Source: Octopus sinensis (lineage: Eukaryota). From it: 64,000 bases of DNA. Below the pieces are notes generated by a model. That model did not search any database and had not been told where the DNA came from. It worked only from the letters and a program-made list of their open reading frames with translations. Location of the stretch: NCBI RefSeq assembly GCF_006345805.1, contig NC_043002.1, positions 5,394,001 to 5,458,000 of the forward strand, given 5' to 3'. The first letter of the stretch is position 1. The number at the start of each line of letters is the position of its first letter. Made by a program: the position numbers and the translations under genes. Below, piece by piece: positions 39,797 to 53,489 of this stretch.

Positions 39797-42639
39797 TAGT
39801 ATATGCACACAGATAATGTATCAATAGCCAGCAGGAAAACATGTTTTTCTGGGTTAAAAGGTAGTAACACCATCCTGTGTAAGACTGCCAAGCTTCTTAC
39901 CACACAGCCACTCCTGTGCCTAGTAAAGTCTATTTGCCAACACAACATGGCAGTCTTACATATATACCTATTGTTTATAGATTAGAGAGAGGTATTCTTT
40001 GTATAGAATTCACTCTGTAGTGTTCAAGAGATTTGAACTTGAGCAAGTAGCAAAGCAAATGTAAGGAGAAGCAAGTTAGGTAATATTAAATTCATTTAAT
40101 ACAAAAATATGTACATAAGTATTACTCTTTTAGTTGTTTCAGTCATTTGACTGCGGCCATGCTGGAGCACTGCCTTTAGTTGAGCAAATTGACCCCAGGA
40201 CTTATTCTTTTGTAAGCCTAGTACTTATTCTATCGGTCTCTTTTGCCGAACTACTAAGTTACGGGGACGTAAACACACCAGCATCGGTTGTCAAGCGATG
40301 TTGGGGGGACAAACACAGACACACAAACACACACACATACATATATATATATACATATATACAATGGGCTTCTTTCAGTTTCCGTCTACCAAATCCACTC
40401 ACAAGGCTTTGGTTGGCCCGAGGCTATAGTAGAAGACACTTGCCCAAGATGCCACGCAGTGGGACTGAACCCGGAACCATGTGGTTGGTAAGCAAGCTAC
40501 TTAACACACAGCCACTTACATTTTTATACGTAAACATATACATTTTTGTATTAAATGTATTGAATATTTTTTGTATGTTGACTTGCCCAACTTGCTTGTC
40601 CTTACATATACTCCTATATATACCCACACACACGTGTACATACAGATATATATATATATATATGTATATGAGGCAAAGCATTACTAAATGCAAAGTCAGA
40701 AATCTGGGATCTAGAATTATCCAGTAATTTTTTTGCTACTTTCATCTCGTCTCTTTGTTTTCTCTCCGTGTTGATATATGGACAATTAAGGTGGTTTTAG
40801 AGTCAGATCATGGCTGCTATTTTCAGCATGGTGGTATCTCATAGATACCCTAATTTATAATTTTAATATTTTTATAAATTGCAAAGATAAGAATATTTTT
40901 TCATGAAAGCATTTTAGCAGAAAGCTCAAAATGAAGAGTGATGCACATGTATAGAATTTTAGTAAACAGGATATGATTTCAAGATTGACAGGTATCAAAC
41001 AGACAACTACTGAAATGTTCAATGAAGAGCAATTATGTGAAAATTATTAAAAATATTGTATTAAAAAGAAATGCTATTCTGGACATAAGAGCAAATCTGA
41101 CCAATCAAAAAAGACCTATAAGCAAATTGTATTTGAAATAATTATACATTATGATATTTACAATATATTTATAGAACAACATTCAAAAAAGTGGCCAATA
41201 AAAATTATAGATATGCTCACATCAACAAGCACACTCCAGTATATAAAACATTAGCATGAATATAAATAAACAACAAAAAGAAGACAAAAACACTTCACCT
41301 GACGATCACAGAGACATGAAACTGTCACAAAAATCAAAATTGAATTCAGTTTGAACAATGTACCCACACAATGTATTGAGGATTATCTTCCACTTTCATT
41401 AATAAACTGTGATATTTTCATGTATACTTAATTTATATGCATTAAAATATCTAGTATACACATAATTATATGGGTATATTTGATATCCATCATTTCCAAT
41501 TATTTCTTTTCATGTAGACTTTGGGTATAGCCCCAACTAATTTCTAAATAGTTGTAGAGCACTCTCACCCACCACACACACACATGCATATAGAATTGGA
41601 ATGTCATGTTTAACCTTTTAGATTCATGTTAAATAAATATTGATTTCTTCTGTAGATGGTTGCATTTATAAATATATATAAAATAGCCTGGACTTCCTTT
41701 GCTGTTATATCCAGGAGAATATTTAGACGAGCGATGTACGTGTCAAACTAGAAATTTCAGATAACATAGATAAACAGCAATAAAAATTATAGATCCCAGT
41801 CAAATTGATCTCTCTACCCCCCACCCACCACTCTCTCTCACTACACACATGAGGGTATATACATGTGTTTGGGTGTGTGTGTGTGTGTGTATGCATATGT
41901 GTGTGTGTGTGTGTGTGTGTGCATATGTGTGTGTGTGTGTGCTCGTGCATGCATGTGTGTGTGTGTGCATGCACACAACGGGTCTAAATGGTTTCCTCAC
42001 TGATTGTTACCAACCACATGGTTCCGGGTTCAGTCCCACTGTGTGGCACCTTGGGCAAGTGTCTTCTACTATAGCCCCAGGCTGACCAAAGCCTTGTGAG
42101 TGGATTTGGTAGACGGAAACTGAAAGAAGCCTGTCGTATATATGTTTACATATATGTATGTGTGTGTATACGTTTGTGTGTCTGTGCTTGTTCCCACCAA
42201 CATCACTTCACAACTGATGCTGTTCGGCAAAAGAGACCAATAGAATAAGTACTAGGCTTACAAAGAATAAGTCCTGGGGTCAATTTGCTCGTCTAAAGAC
42301 GGTGCTCCAGCATGGCCACAGTCAAATGACTGAGACAAGTAAAAGATTAAAAGAGAGTAAAGAGAATCAAAGAAGAAAGAGCGGCATGTATGACTCTTTC
42401 TAAAGATTCTAAGACTTGTAGAAGGAAGGAGAAAATTATTCTGTGATGAAAGATTTGGTCCAGATGCTTGCAACAGAATGGTTTCTGCCAAAAGCATTCG
42501 AGGGCCTGGTGGTGTGCTAAACTGGACAATAGTTTAAGTTGAGGACAATTAGAACTTAAATACCATTTATCATTGATTTGCTCAGTCAGGGCTAACCTGG
42601 TGTTAACCATTATCTATACAAGTAGAAACTACTTCTTAC

Positions 42640-42819
42640 CTGTAGTTACTAGTTTGTGGATGAAACTCTGTTCACTTCTGCTGTTGATAGACACCAAATC
42701 CCCACCCTGGAGATAACAGTTCTGCAAGGAATGTTCCCAACTGAAAAGTTCCGTGACAACTTTGTAGCAGGCACCATCGTAAAATACCCAGGTATTCGGA
42801 CAGCTGAATTCTGAGTCAT
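42640..42819 (-). CDS. Multi-CTLD gene exon; CTLD-c N-terminal part
   Basis: catccag acceptor, CAG|gtaaga donor. DDSEFSCPNTWVFYDGACYKVVTELFSWEHSLQNCYLQGGDLVSINSRSEQSFIHKLVTT. Phase 1-1. Confidence 0.93.
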
Positions 42820-44779
42820 CTGGATGGCAATAGTGATGGTGGTGGCAGTGGTGGTGATAAGGATGATACGAAGAAGCATACCAGGGTACCATGAAGGAAA
42901 AAAAAAGCACATATCGTTATAATAGTTTCTAAATTGAATTTGGGAAGAATGCATCAATCTATTCATCGCCAATACTTGACTGGAAGTTAATTGACTCTGA
43001 AAGGAGGAATAGTAAAGCTGACCTCAGTGCAATTTGAACTCAGTACACCTTCTTCCATTGCAATTCTGTTTACATCTAGTAGGATTTATAGGAATATTAA
43101 GTTGATCCAATACAAGACTATCACTTTCTGGAGCAAGAAAAAGTTGACTTTAGCAGGATTTGAACTCAGAATGTTGTTTTCTATTACACTGTGTAACAGA
43201 TTTCTGTCATTGGACAGCATCTGTTGTTTCCTATTTGCTTACCCTTAGAAAGAATGAAAAATGACTAATATTTCCTTCAAACTTTGCTTTTCTTACATTT
43301 ATTCAAAGCCCAAAGAATCCCTCTTAACACATGACTATGACACTCTCCAACCACTTCTGCTCAGAGATGCATGTATTGTCAGCCATAAGGGATATGTTCA
43401 ACATAATTTGAAACTTTGGTTTGCCATATTTTACCACTTATTCTAATGTACCCAAACATGGGGAACCAGAGCTAGTGAAGGGATCTTTATACATATTGCT
43501 TGATCTCGGTAGAAATAGTACCAAAATCTACCTCATCATAAGGGAGATACATTGGACAATATAATATCTGATTTACAGAACTGATGGGGTGGAGCATGTA
43601 TGATATTTGGTTAATTTGATCAGAACTAACCTTGTGTTAAATAAAAATTTACTGATATTGCATTCAAGATAAATTCTTTGCTGGAACAAGATAAACTTTT
43701 AATGGTTTAATGGGTAGAATGGACATGTTTTACTAGTTACAAGGTAACATTTTATGTCTTATGGGTTTGTTTTTCTTAGTGCTGAAGATTGAAAGTTAAA
43801 AAATCAACACAGATAGAAATTGAACTTACAACTAAGAAGCATGAGATAAAAATTATTTAGTTTAGTACTCATCTGTTTTATTTATCATATAAGTCATCAT
43901 CATCGTTTAGCGTCCACCTTCCATGGTAGCATGGGTTGGACGATTTTGACTGAGGGCTGGCAAACCAGATGGCCGCACCAGGCTCCAATCTTGATTTGGC
44001 AGAGTTTCTACAGCTGGATGCCCTTCCTAATACCAACCACTCCGAGAGTGTAGTGGATGCTTTTTACATTCCACCGGCACAGGGGCCAGTCAGGCGGTAC
44101 TGGCTATGACCTTGCTCGAATCTTTTTACACATTCCACCAGCACAGGTGCAAGTAAGGTGACATTGGTAACGATCACGCTTGAATGGTGTTCCTTTTACG
44201 TGCCACCAGCACAGAGTTGTTGGCTACTCTGGCAACAATCACACTCGGATGGTGCTCTTGGCACCCTACTAGCACAGGCACAAGTGCCAGTAAGGTGACG
44301 CTGGTAACGATGACACTCAAATGGTGCCCTTTTATGTGCCACTGGCACGGAATAGGAAGAGTATAGTCAACTAAATTGACCCACACCTTTCCCTAATACC
44401 TGACAGGTGTTTAGTTTTACAGCCCCAGACTGATGGAAAACAGTTAACTCAAGAAGGATTTCATATCTCAATACAGACTGGATCAGTGCATATCTTTACT
44501 TTCTGTAGTATTATGTTACCTTCTATTATAATTCTGTTCAAATTTCAGATGCATTATTGAAATATAAATCATCCTCAGTGTATGATTTATACTCTATTTT
44601 ATTAACTCCAAGAAGAATGAAAAGCAAAGATGGCAGTGGCAGAATTTGGACTCAGAATCCAAAGGGGAATTATGTCTTATGCTGCAAGGTATTTTCTGAT
44701 ATTCCAAAGATACTGCTGAAGTTAATTCAAAGAGGATTTGAGTTTAGAATATAAAATAGCAAACGCTATGTAAACTCAC

Positions 44780-44827
44780 CTGGGGGTGGTGTTGGTGGTG
44801 TTAAAGTAGTAGTTGGTTCAGGCAATG
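44780..44827 (-). CDS. Multi-CTLD gene; 48-nt Pro/Thr-rich linker exon
   Basis: ttcatttag acceptor, CAG|gtgagt donor. ALPEPTTTLTPPTPPP. Phase 1-1. Confidence 0.85.
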
Positions 44828-45250
44828 CTAAATGAACAGAAACAAAGTATAGTTCTTCATTTATTTACTACTCAGATATCATTAATAACTGTCATGTAAC
44901 AATTCCCTAAAGTTTCTTGAAATACAAAAGAGTTGCACAGGTCATCAGCTTTAGATGCTATTTATAGCAATTTGTCTGGAAATAACAATAGTCATGTTTG
45001 ATGGCTGCATGTTGTGTTAGTAAGAATTTCAGCAATAATCAATGACTTTATATTCACTAACACACCAAATTAATGAAAAGCCTGTTGGCATGTTCAGCAC
45101 TAACATTGCAATAGGTTGGATAGATCTAGAAAGATAAAAAACACTTTCGAATACTAAGGAGATGTACTTGCATAGCAAGTGACCTGATCTGAGATTGTGT
45201 GCTGGAATGAAAGCAATAGCAACGTGGAAGGTGTTTATAAGCCATTTAAG

Positions 45251-45568
45251 GGTACTATTTGAGAATAGTGGTCCTAGTGTGTGCTCTTGCGTACTTGCGC
45301 ATCCGTGCCAGCTAGCCATGACTAGTCGATCCTGACTTTGTGTTTTTATGTTTTATTTACTTTGTTTAAAAAATTATTTACTTTGTGTTTTTGTGTTTTA
45401 TTTACTTTGTTTAACAAAAATTATTTTCTTTGTGTAAAAAAATTATTTATTTTGTGTTTTATTTACTTTGTTAGGTAGTCATTGTAGGATTGACTACTTA
45501 CGACTAGCTAGCGCAGATGCACGACTGGATGTGTGTGTGCACCTGGACCACTGTTTGCTAGTAGTACC
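45251..45568. mobile_element. Mutator-like MITE nested in a palindromic element
   Basis: About 85-bp imperfect TIRs (GGTACTA...TAGTACC) flanked by a 9-bp direct repeat, CCATTTAAG (45242-45250 and 45569-45577). Confidence 0.65.
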
Positions 45569-45619
45569 CCATTTAAGAAACACACAAAGTCTGTTAGATT
45601 CACTTCAACATTTAAATTT

Positions 45620-45674
45620 AATTTGTCAAAATATTTTCGTCACCTTGAGACCGTAACCTGTTCACTGACAAATT
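45620..45674 (-). ncRNA. Variant hammerhead ribozyme motif with G3-C8 core; mirror copy on plus strand at about 45688-45743
   Basis: Minus strand reads AATTTGTCA-GTGAACA-G-GTTAC-ggtctcaag-GTGAC-GAA-AATATT-T-TGACAAATT: 9-bp stem I, 5-bp stem II, palindromic stem III. Confidence 0.5.
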
Positions 45675-47834
45675 CTGTGTAGTATGGAATTTTGTCAGTG
45701 ATCAGGTTACTGTCTCAAAGCAACGAAAATATTTTGGAAAATTGAATTTAAATGTTGAAGTGAATCTAACAGTTTTTTTGTGTGTTTCTTAAATGGCTTA
45801 TAAACACCTTCCACGCTGCAATTGTTTTTGAATACTCTGGCCCGAAATCACGACTTCTTCAAGTTCCATTGCTCTAATACACTCATATCTGCAGTACTCT
45901 AACTTATCAAGTTAGAAGGATGAAACATAGTTTTACCCTTAGTAGGACTTGAACTCTGAACATAAAATAATTAACTTCATACCACAGATATTGTGCTACC
46001 ACTATCATTATGATATCTACTTTCTGTACTTGTTTGGATCAGGCGGAATATATTGAGGCAGATTTTCTATGGATAGATGCACCTCTTGTCGCCAGCTCTC
46101 ATCATCAGGCAAGGTAATATTTTTCCCTGATTAGGCTGTCATGGAAAGTTGAAAATGAATGACACCACTTGTGTGATGGTGATGTTGACATACCAGCCCA
46201 TCCACCCACATATACATTCATATACACACCGATATATATTTTTTTACTACCCACAAGGGGCTAAACACAGAAGGGACAAACAAGGACAGACAAACGAATT
46301 AAGTCGATTACATCGACTCCAGTGCGTAACTGGTACTTAATTTATCAACACCGAAAGGATGAAACGCAAAGTCGACCTCGGCAGAATTTGAACTCAGAAC
46401 ATAGCGGCAGACGAAATACCTATTTCTTTACTACCCACAAGGGGCTAATCACAGAGGGGACAAACAAGGACAGACAAACGGATTAAGTTGATTAGAACGG
46501 CCCCAGTGCGTAACTGGTACTTAATTTATCGACCCTGAAAGTATGAAAGGCAAAATCGACCTTGGTGGAATTTGAACTCGGAATGTAACGACAGACGAAA
46601 TACCGCTAAGCATTTCACCTGGCATGCTAACGTTTCTGCCAGCTTGCCACCTTCATCATCATCATCATCATCGTCGTTTAACGTCCGTTCTCCATGCTAG
46701 CATGGGTTGGACGGTTCGACCGGGGTTCTGGGAAGCCAGAAGGCTGCACCAGGCTCCAGTCTAATTTGGCAATGTTTCTACAGCTGGATGCCCTTCCTAA
46801 CGCCAACCACTCCGTGAGTGTAGTGGGTGCTTTTTACGTGCCACCTGCACAGGTGCCAGGCGGGGCTGGCAACGGCCACGGTCAGATTGGTGTATTTTAT
46901 GTGCCACCTTATACACACCAATATATACATACACATATATGCATGCTTACATACATACATACACATGCATACATACATAAGCACACATGCATACATGCAT
47001 ACATACACATACATGATGAACTCCCAGTTTCTGTCAACCAAATCCACTCATAAGGTTTGGTTGGCCTGGGGCTACAGCAGAAGATACTTGCCCAGAGTGC
47101 AACTTTCGCCACAACTTTCTCTCACTCTTTCTTCTGTTGGCCTGCTCTCTTAGCCAGCGGAGTGGCGTCATTTGAAGGCTAAAACAATGCGAAGCGCATT
47201 GTGACCAGCGATGTGTAGCAACATCTGATAGCCTGGGCGGTCACAATGATCACGATGAATATAGAAGAAAACAGTTTTCCCCTCACTTTTCACACATGTT
47301 ATCCATTTATATCATAATCCTAACACAACACACTTACCTGTCGATTTTTTTGCATACCTCTACTAATATTGATACAACAGGATAAGCAGTCATTTTCTTA
47401 AATCATTTAAAAATATTTAATCTCACAAGTTTATATCGTTCATCTACCAGGTAGCATGCAACTTCTTTTTACTCAGATATTGACCATTTTCCTGCATTCC
47501 TAGCTCATACATCTCTGCCATATAGTTTCAGAGTTTCTTAAGCAGAAAATTCCCTCATGATAGCTTGTTGAATACATCAAATTCAGAAAGATAGCTTGAC
47601 TCAACTAGATAAGCTAATAAAACACCCAAGTGTTGGTCCTTTACAGCAGTTTCTCAAAGTATTGAGATTTACAGCCAGACAAAACAATATATTGACCAAA
47701 GAAGCAATACAGAAATAATAAAAAAACCCAAAAAACTACACAATATACAAAATAATATACAAAAGTACAAGAAAAAAGAAAGAGAAAACAGATTGAATAA
47801 TGCAAAATGAAATAGAACAAAAAGGTTAACTTAC

Positions 47835-47948
47835 CTGCTTTCTTACAAATATATCCGCTGCGAAGGTAACAAACGTTATCAACCCATAGAGAATCATTAC
47901 GCCCAACCATGGCACAATTGTTCTTTACTCGATCATAATCAGGGTGAC
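47835..47948 (-). CDS. Multi-CTLD gene exon; CTLD-b C-terminal part
   Basis: cccctag acceptor, CAG|gtaagt donor. GHPDYDRVKNNCAMVGRNDSLWVDNVCYLRSGYICKKA. Phase 1-1. Confidence 0.92.
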
Positions 47949-48041
47949 CTAGGGGTTTATGGAATTTGGTTATGGTTGAAAACAATGAAAGGGTAAAAAT
48001 TTAAATAAGCAAGCATGTTAGTGTTGAGAACTTCAAATGTT

Positions 48042-48080
<39 letters not shown>

Positions 48081-49189
48081 CATATATATATGTATATATA
48101 TATATTTATATGTATATATATATATTTATATGTATACAAGATAAGAAAATGGAGAAATACATTTAAATCAAATATCAATTACCAGATAATACTCAATCAC
48201 ATACTTTATTAAACCACCACATAAGAGACTGTAGGGTTGAATATAAAAAAGCAGAACAAATCAGTGTACATAAAGGAATGTACATAAAAAAGTGTACGTA
48301 AAAGAGTAATGTTGTATAATAAGTAGAATATATATATAAAAGAGAATATAAATATAAGTAAATATAAATATAAGTATAGATTACATCTTACAGCTGTTTC
48401 GGCCATGTAGATAAGTATGTCTCATTTTACCAATATTAGCCTTATATATATATATGTATATAATATATGAATATATATATGTATATATATATGTGTGTGT
48501 ATATATGTATACATGTATGCGTATATATGTCTTACTTATCGATGTCTAAGATAAACTAAGCTCATGCATTTCCCCTTAATCTGCAACATATTCCCTCACT
48601 CATGAAAGTCCATCACACAGTCATTCGTCCCCAATTTTGTCTTAGACTGGCTCCCAGATTCTTAAATTCTATCTATTATCAACATTTGCTGTCCCATTAA
48701 ATTAACTATGCCACTCCCACATGTAACACCCTTCTCTCTCGATACCTACAACGGAAGAATACGTATTCCATATCAAAGTTATATTGCTATAATTAAATTA
48801 TCATTAAATGAAAACAGAGGCGAGCGAGAATGAGAGACTGTTGCAAATAAAAACGTAAAATGCTGCCTGCAACGAATTAATAGTGTTTTATTATTTTACA
48901 TTTAAAACTACTCCTCAGTGAATGCAATGAATATTTAAATTTTTGAGAATTTGGAGTTAAAAACATTCAATAAACTTCAGTAATTGAAATTATAGGCAAT
49001 TTCTTAGAACATGAATTTATAGAAATATTTCCAGATGGTCAAGCCTTTTAATATTGCTTTCTTTTAGTAATTGTTGCATACCTAATTAATAAGCAGCTTT
49101 CTTCATTATAATATAGATAGTACACATTTAGATGAGATTTTGTGGCCCTTTCTAGCAGATAAAGTGACCACTTGGTGTGTGTGTGTGTG

Positions 49190-49226
<37 letters not shown>

Positions 49227-49298
49227 CGTGCGTGCATGTGTGTGTGTGTGTTCACTAGCATGCAGAAAGGCTGTGAAGGTAAATTGTGTTGCACTTAC

Positions 49299-49415
49299 CT
49301 GTTTTCCAATTGAAATAACTCATTGGACTTTTATCACTCCAAAGCCACAATCCTTCTTCCTGAAGATCATGAGCCCCAATCCAGAGAGTAACTGATTGCA
49401 TATTTTGGATTCGAC
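49299..49415 (-). CDS. Multi-CTLD gene exon; CTLD-b middle
   Basis: ttttaaag acceptor, CAG|gtaagt donor. GRIQNMQSVTLWIGAHDLQEEGLWLWSDKSPMSYFNWKT. Phase 1-1. Confidence 0.93.
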
Positions 49416-51713
49416 CTTTAAAATATAATTTATTTAAAATAACCAGAAGGGAGATTTAAAGTATTAACCAAACCAACTTTTCCTATTTCTCAATCAAAGA
49501 CAAAAAGCATAAACAGCTGCGTTGTTAGAACTCTGGATAGCCAAGTGAGGAGTCAATCAGGAGCTTATTATAATCAGTTGATGTGTTGTGTCAATAGTCA
49601 AGGCCTTTAACTTCTAGCAGCTCAGAGTACTTAGTTCTAAGTAGGTACCACAAGATGTCACTACCATTGCTGTGAGCACAGTTGTACTATAACATTTTGT
49701 TACGATGACACCCACAAAAGTTTTCTCGAGAATGATCATTACCAGCGTCGCCTTACTGGCACTTGTGCCCGTGCTAGTAGAGTGCCAAGAGCACCATCCG
49801 AGCATGATCGTTGCTAGAGCAGCCAACTGGCCTCCGTACCCATGGCACGTAAAAGGGCACCATTCGAGCGTTATCGTTACCAATGTCGCCTTACTGGTAT
49901 CTGTGCTGGTGGCACGTGTAAAAAGATTCGAGCGAGGTCATTGCCAGTACCGCCTGACTGGCCCCCGTGCTGGTGGCACATAAAAAGCACCCACTACACT
50001 CTCAGAGTGGTTGGTGTTAGGAAGGGTATCCAGCTGTAGAAACTGTGCCAGATCAAGATTGGAGCCTGGTGCAGCCATCTGGTTCACCAGCCCTCAGTCA
50101 AAATCGTCCAACCCATGCTAGCATGGAAAGTGGATGTTAAACGATGATGATGATCATTAAGAAATTTCAAAACTTTCTCTTTAAACTTTGTTTTTGTTTG
50201 CTCTGGATATTAATTGTTTAGTTTGCACTTTCTGTCCACTGGTGATATAGGTCGTTGAAGTACTGACTTTGGTACTTCACTGGGAAATATTACTCCTAAC
50301 TGGGCTTGGTGCAGCCTCCTGGCTTCCCAGACCCCAGTTGAACCGTCCAACCCATGCTAGCATGGAAAGCGGACGTTAAACGATGATGATGATGATGACA
50401 ATGTGGTAGTCTATGTTAGAGGGAAAATTGTCTTTCAACCACTACTTAATGCCACAGATACCAGAAATAAGCACTTGCCTGTTAGATCTTGAATGCTCAT
50501 GAAGGAAGTAAACTCCAAATTTAAAACCTTTGATTATCAGCAAATTTCTTAACAGACCAATATCAGCAGACTGAATATTTTGGATATAAAGGATGGTGTA
50601 GGATCACAGACTACAATGAGTATTCTTGTAAATAGCAAAGTGGACTTGGAATCGGGTGACTCTGAACTTTGAAAATAAAGGGACGTAACCAAATATTACA
50701 AACTATTATCTTGCACTCACCTAATTCTACCATCTCCATAAGTTCCCAATAGCAGGAGTCCTGCTATTTCTTTCCATTTCTTTCTATTTTACTCAAGTTT
50801 TTGATTTTCATACTGCTAATGCTAATAACTGAACAACCCATAAGATCAAATGGAAATCATATTAGATGGCAAATTCATAGGTTTTGAAATCAAATCTGCA
50901 GGAACCATTTTGTCATGTATTTCGGTTACACACATTACTCTCACTTCTTTTGTTTGTTCAAATATTACATATCACATCTGTTGTTCTGTGGCAGTGTGAT
51001 GCTCTGCCTGGACAGAGATTTATGTCCAAATCACTTAATCCACACACAAAAAAGAAAAGGTTATATAAGCTCCCTTAAAACTCCATCAGAGCTTAGAAAT
51101 CATTAACATTTATGAGCAAGATTAAAGTTTTTAGATAAAATTCTTAAAATAATAAGGTAAAAGTGAAACAAGAATTAGTGCATATGACGCTTTCTCCATT
51201 GCCTCAACATTTTACCAACAAACTCATACAATGCAATGCAAAATATAAAAAAATGTAGGAATTTCAAAGCTATAACAAAAATTTATTTAAGTGAGTACAT
51301 TTCTTATGAAATATATGGCTTCTACATTTCCATTTATTTTGAAAATAATCTAGAATTTCTGGAATCGAGAAGAATAACCAGCTTTATCATTCATTGGCAT
51401 ATTAAACTATTGTTTGAAATGCAACTTAATACAAGGTTATTGTATAAAATTATTATATGAGATTTTAAATTAAGTATGAACACTTAAGGAAATGAAAGGT
51501 TTGGGGTTATAAAACTAGAGATGGTCTCAAGTGGATTGTTATGAAACTCAATTTCTTTATGAAAAAATTGAATTTTATTCTCGAGTGGGATAGTATTAAA
51601 AAAAATATGAAGAGTATGATTAAAATAGACTTGACTTTTTTTTTGATATTATTTTTAGTCAAAAATATTCTCGTGAAGAAACAAGATTCTAAATTTCATG
51701 CATTTTACCATAC

Positions 51714-51881
51714 CTGCAATATAGAATTGTTCATGTAGACCAGTGATGCTTGCCAAATATCCACCATGATAGCTACATGAGAGTTGGGCATCAAACCAAG
51801 TCAGTTGTTCATCAGAGAAATGGTAGCAAGTTTTACCCGTGGGGTCACTCTCCCATTCGGCACCACAGGCTTGATTAACAC
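51714..51881 (-). CDS. Multi-CTLD gene exon; CTLD-b N-terminal part
   Basis: tttcaacag acceptor, CAG|gtatgg donor. GVNQACGAEWESDPTGKTCYHFSDEQLTWFDAQLSCSYHGGYLASITGLHEQFYIA. Phase 1-1. Confidence 0.93.
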
Positions 51882-52009
51882 CTGTTGAAAAATAGAAGAA
51901 AAAAGAATTCTTATCATGATTCTCTCTCATGCACTGTCTTGCAACACAAAACACCTCAAGTCTTTGGTCCTCACGATGCAGAACATTGGCAACTTTTTTC
52001 TTATCTGCT

Positions 52010-52776
52010 TTCCCTCTGGCTAAATAAACCTGTCTCCTAGCTTCTTTTCTGACAGTCTAATGCAATTCCCTGCTACCACCATTCTTCCAGTTCTTCCATG
52101 TCTGTTTCTTTTCCCTAATGGCCCTGTCAACTACACTGTTCCACCATCACATTATCTTGGGTCGAGAGGGGACTTTGCACCATCCACAGAGCTGGTCAGT
52201 GACCCTCAGCAGAGAAACCACCAGTTGTCTTACAGGTCACGTGATGCTATATCCCCTTCTATTTTGTCAAAAGCTTTGAGTAATATGTCTCTAAATCTCC
52301 GTCCATGTGCAGGATCCTTAAGCTTGCAGACCCTTCTCCTCCATGCTGGTCATCTTCTGGGCATCCATTTAGCCCTGATTCTGAAGTCACTAACTACCAG
52401 TCTATGTTGTGGAGTGCATTCTTCACTTGGGAAGGTTTGGCATTTATAAGTAGCCATCTTTCCTGTTTCCTGGTGAGGATGTAGTCAATTTAACTAATGC
52501 GTCTACTAGATTGGTAGGTGAATAGGTGACTGGCAGGTTTCCTGAAGTTAGTGCTACAAGCCATGAGGTCATTTGCATCACAGAACTCCAGCAGCCTGGT
52601 TCCCTCCTCATTGCAGGAACCAAAACCATAGCCTCCATGTACACCATGGAAGCCCTCTGCATGTTGTCCAACATACCCATTGAAGTTACCTGCCACAAAG
52701 AGAAGGTCCCTGTCATTTGTCGATGAGGTAGTCTGCAAGAAGGTGTCATAAAATCGGTCTTTCTGTCCATCTGTGA
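52010..52776 (-). mobile_element. RTE-clade LINE fragment (APE endonuclease region)
   Basis: KDRFY...VAGNFNGYVG...HGGYGFGSCNEEGTRLLEFC...TNFRKP...TYQS...QIDYIL; frameshifted. Confidence 0.85.
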
Positions 52777-53072
52777 CAAAATTAGATAAATGAATGAATA
52801 AGTAACGATAATAAATTAGCATGAAAGAGGGGAGGGGGAAAGAGAGAGAATTGGATTCAGCGAAAGGGATTTTAAGTGTGTGTTTTTTTTAAACATACAG
52901 TGTGGAAGGCGAAGCTGTGTTTACATAGGTAATGAAATAGATAGAATAATGAAACGAACTAATAAGCTAATTACGATGATCCGTGCTGAAAGAGAAGGAT
53001 TAGAGATGTATGAGGTTGAAAGAACAAGATTGCTTATCAGAACATCTTCTGGTTTTCTACTCTTGTGGTGAG

Positions 53073-53134
<62 letters not shown>

Positions 53135-53399
53135 TGTTTGTGTTTGTGTGTGAGTGTGTGTGCCAATGATTTTGTAAGATGTACCGATGTCTTGATTAAT
53201 CTGTTTGATTTAGTACAAAAGAGATTACACAATTGCTTTTAATAATCCTACTTGATGTTCTTAAAGAAACACTGCTGAAAGACTTAAAGAAAACCTTTTC
53301 ACTGACACTTCACTGCCTCTGCTACCACCACCACCAGAACGCCCCATTCCACTCTGTTGTTATTGTAGGAGAGAGAAAAATAGAAGTAGTTGTACTCAC

Positions 53400-53438
53400 C
53401 AGGTGTTAGTGTTGTGTTCTCTGCTTCAGGTATGTTAT
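53400..53438 (-). CDS. Multi-CTLD gene; 39-nt linker micro-exon
   Basis: ctctag acceptor, CTG|gtgagt donor. DNIPEAENTTLTP. Symmetric phase 1-1. Confidence 0.8.
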
Positions 53439-53489
53439 CTAGAGATTTTAAAAAAGAAGAGAGAAAAAAATCCTTGTCAGTTGTTACTA

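Larger units (their letters stand above)
45214..45822. mobile_element. Fold-back (palindromic) Penelope-like element
   Basis: After removing the nested MITE, the arms (about 140 bp) are reverse complements around a loop at about 45677-45686. Each arm carries a hammerhead-like motif. Confidence 0.65.

Noticed and set aside
42822-42910. His-rich N-terminal extension of the ORF
   Set aside because: It lies in the intron upstream of the acceptor at 42820; no upstream AG nearby could include it.
47331-47364. Perfect donor CAG|GTAAGT suggesting a micro-exon
   Set aside because: Nearby acceptors give 20, 22 or 25 nt, none frame-preserving.
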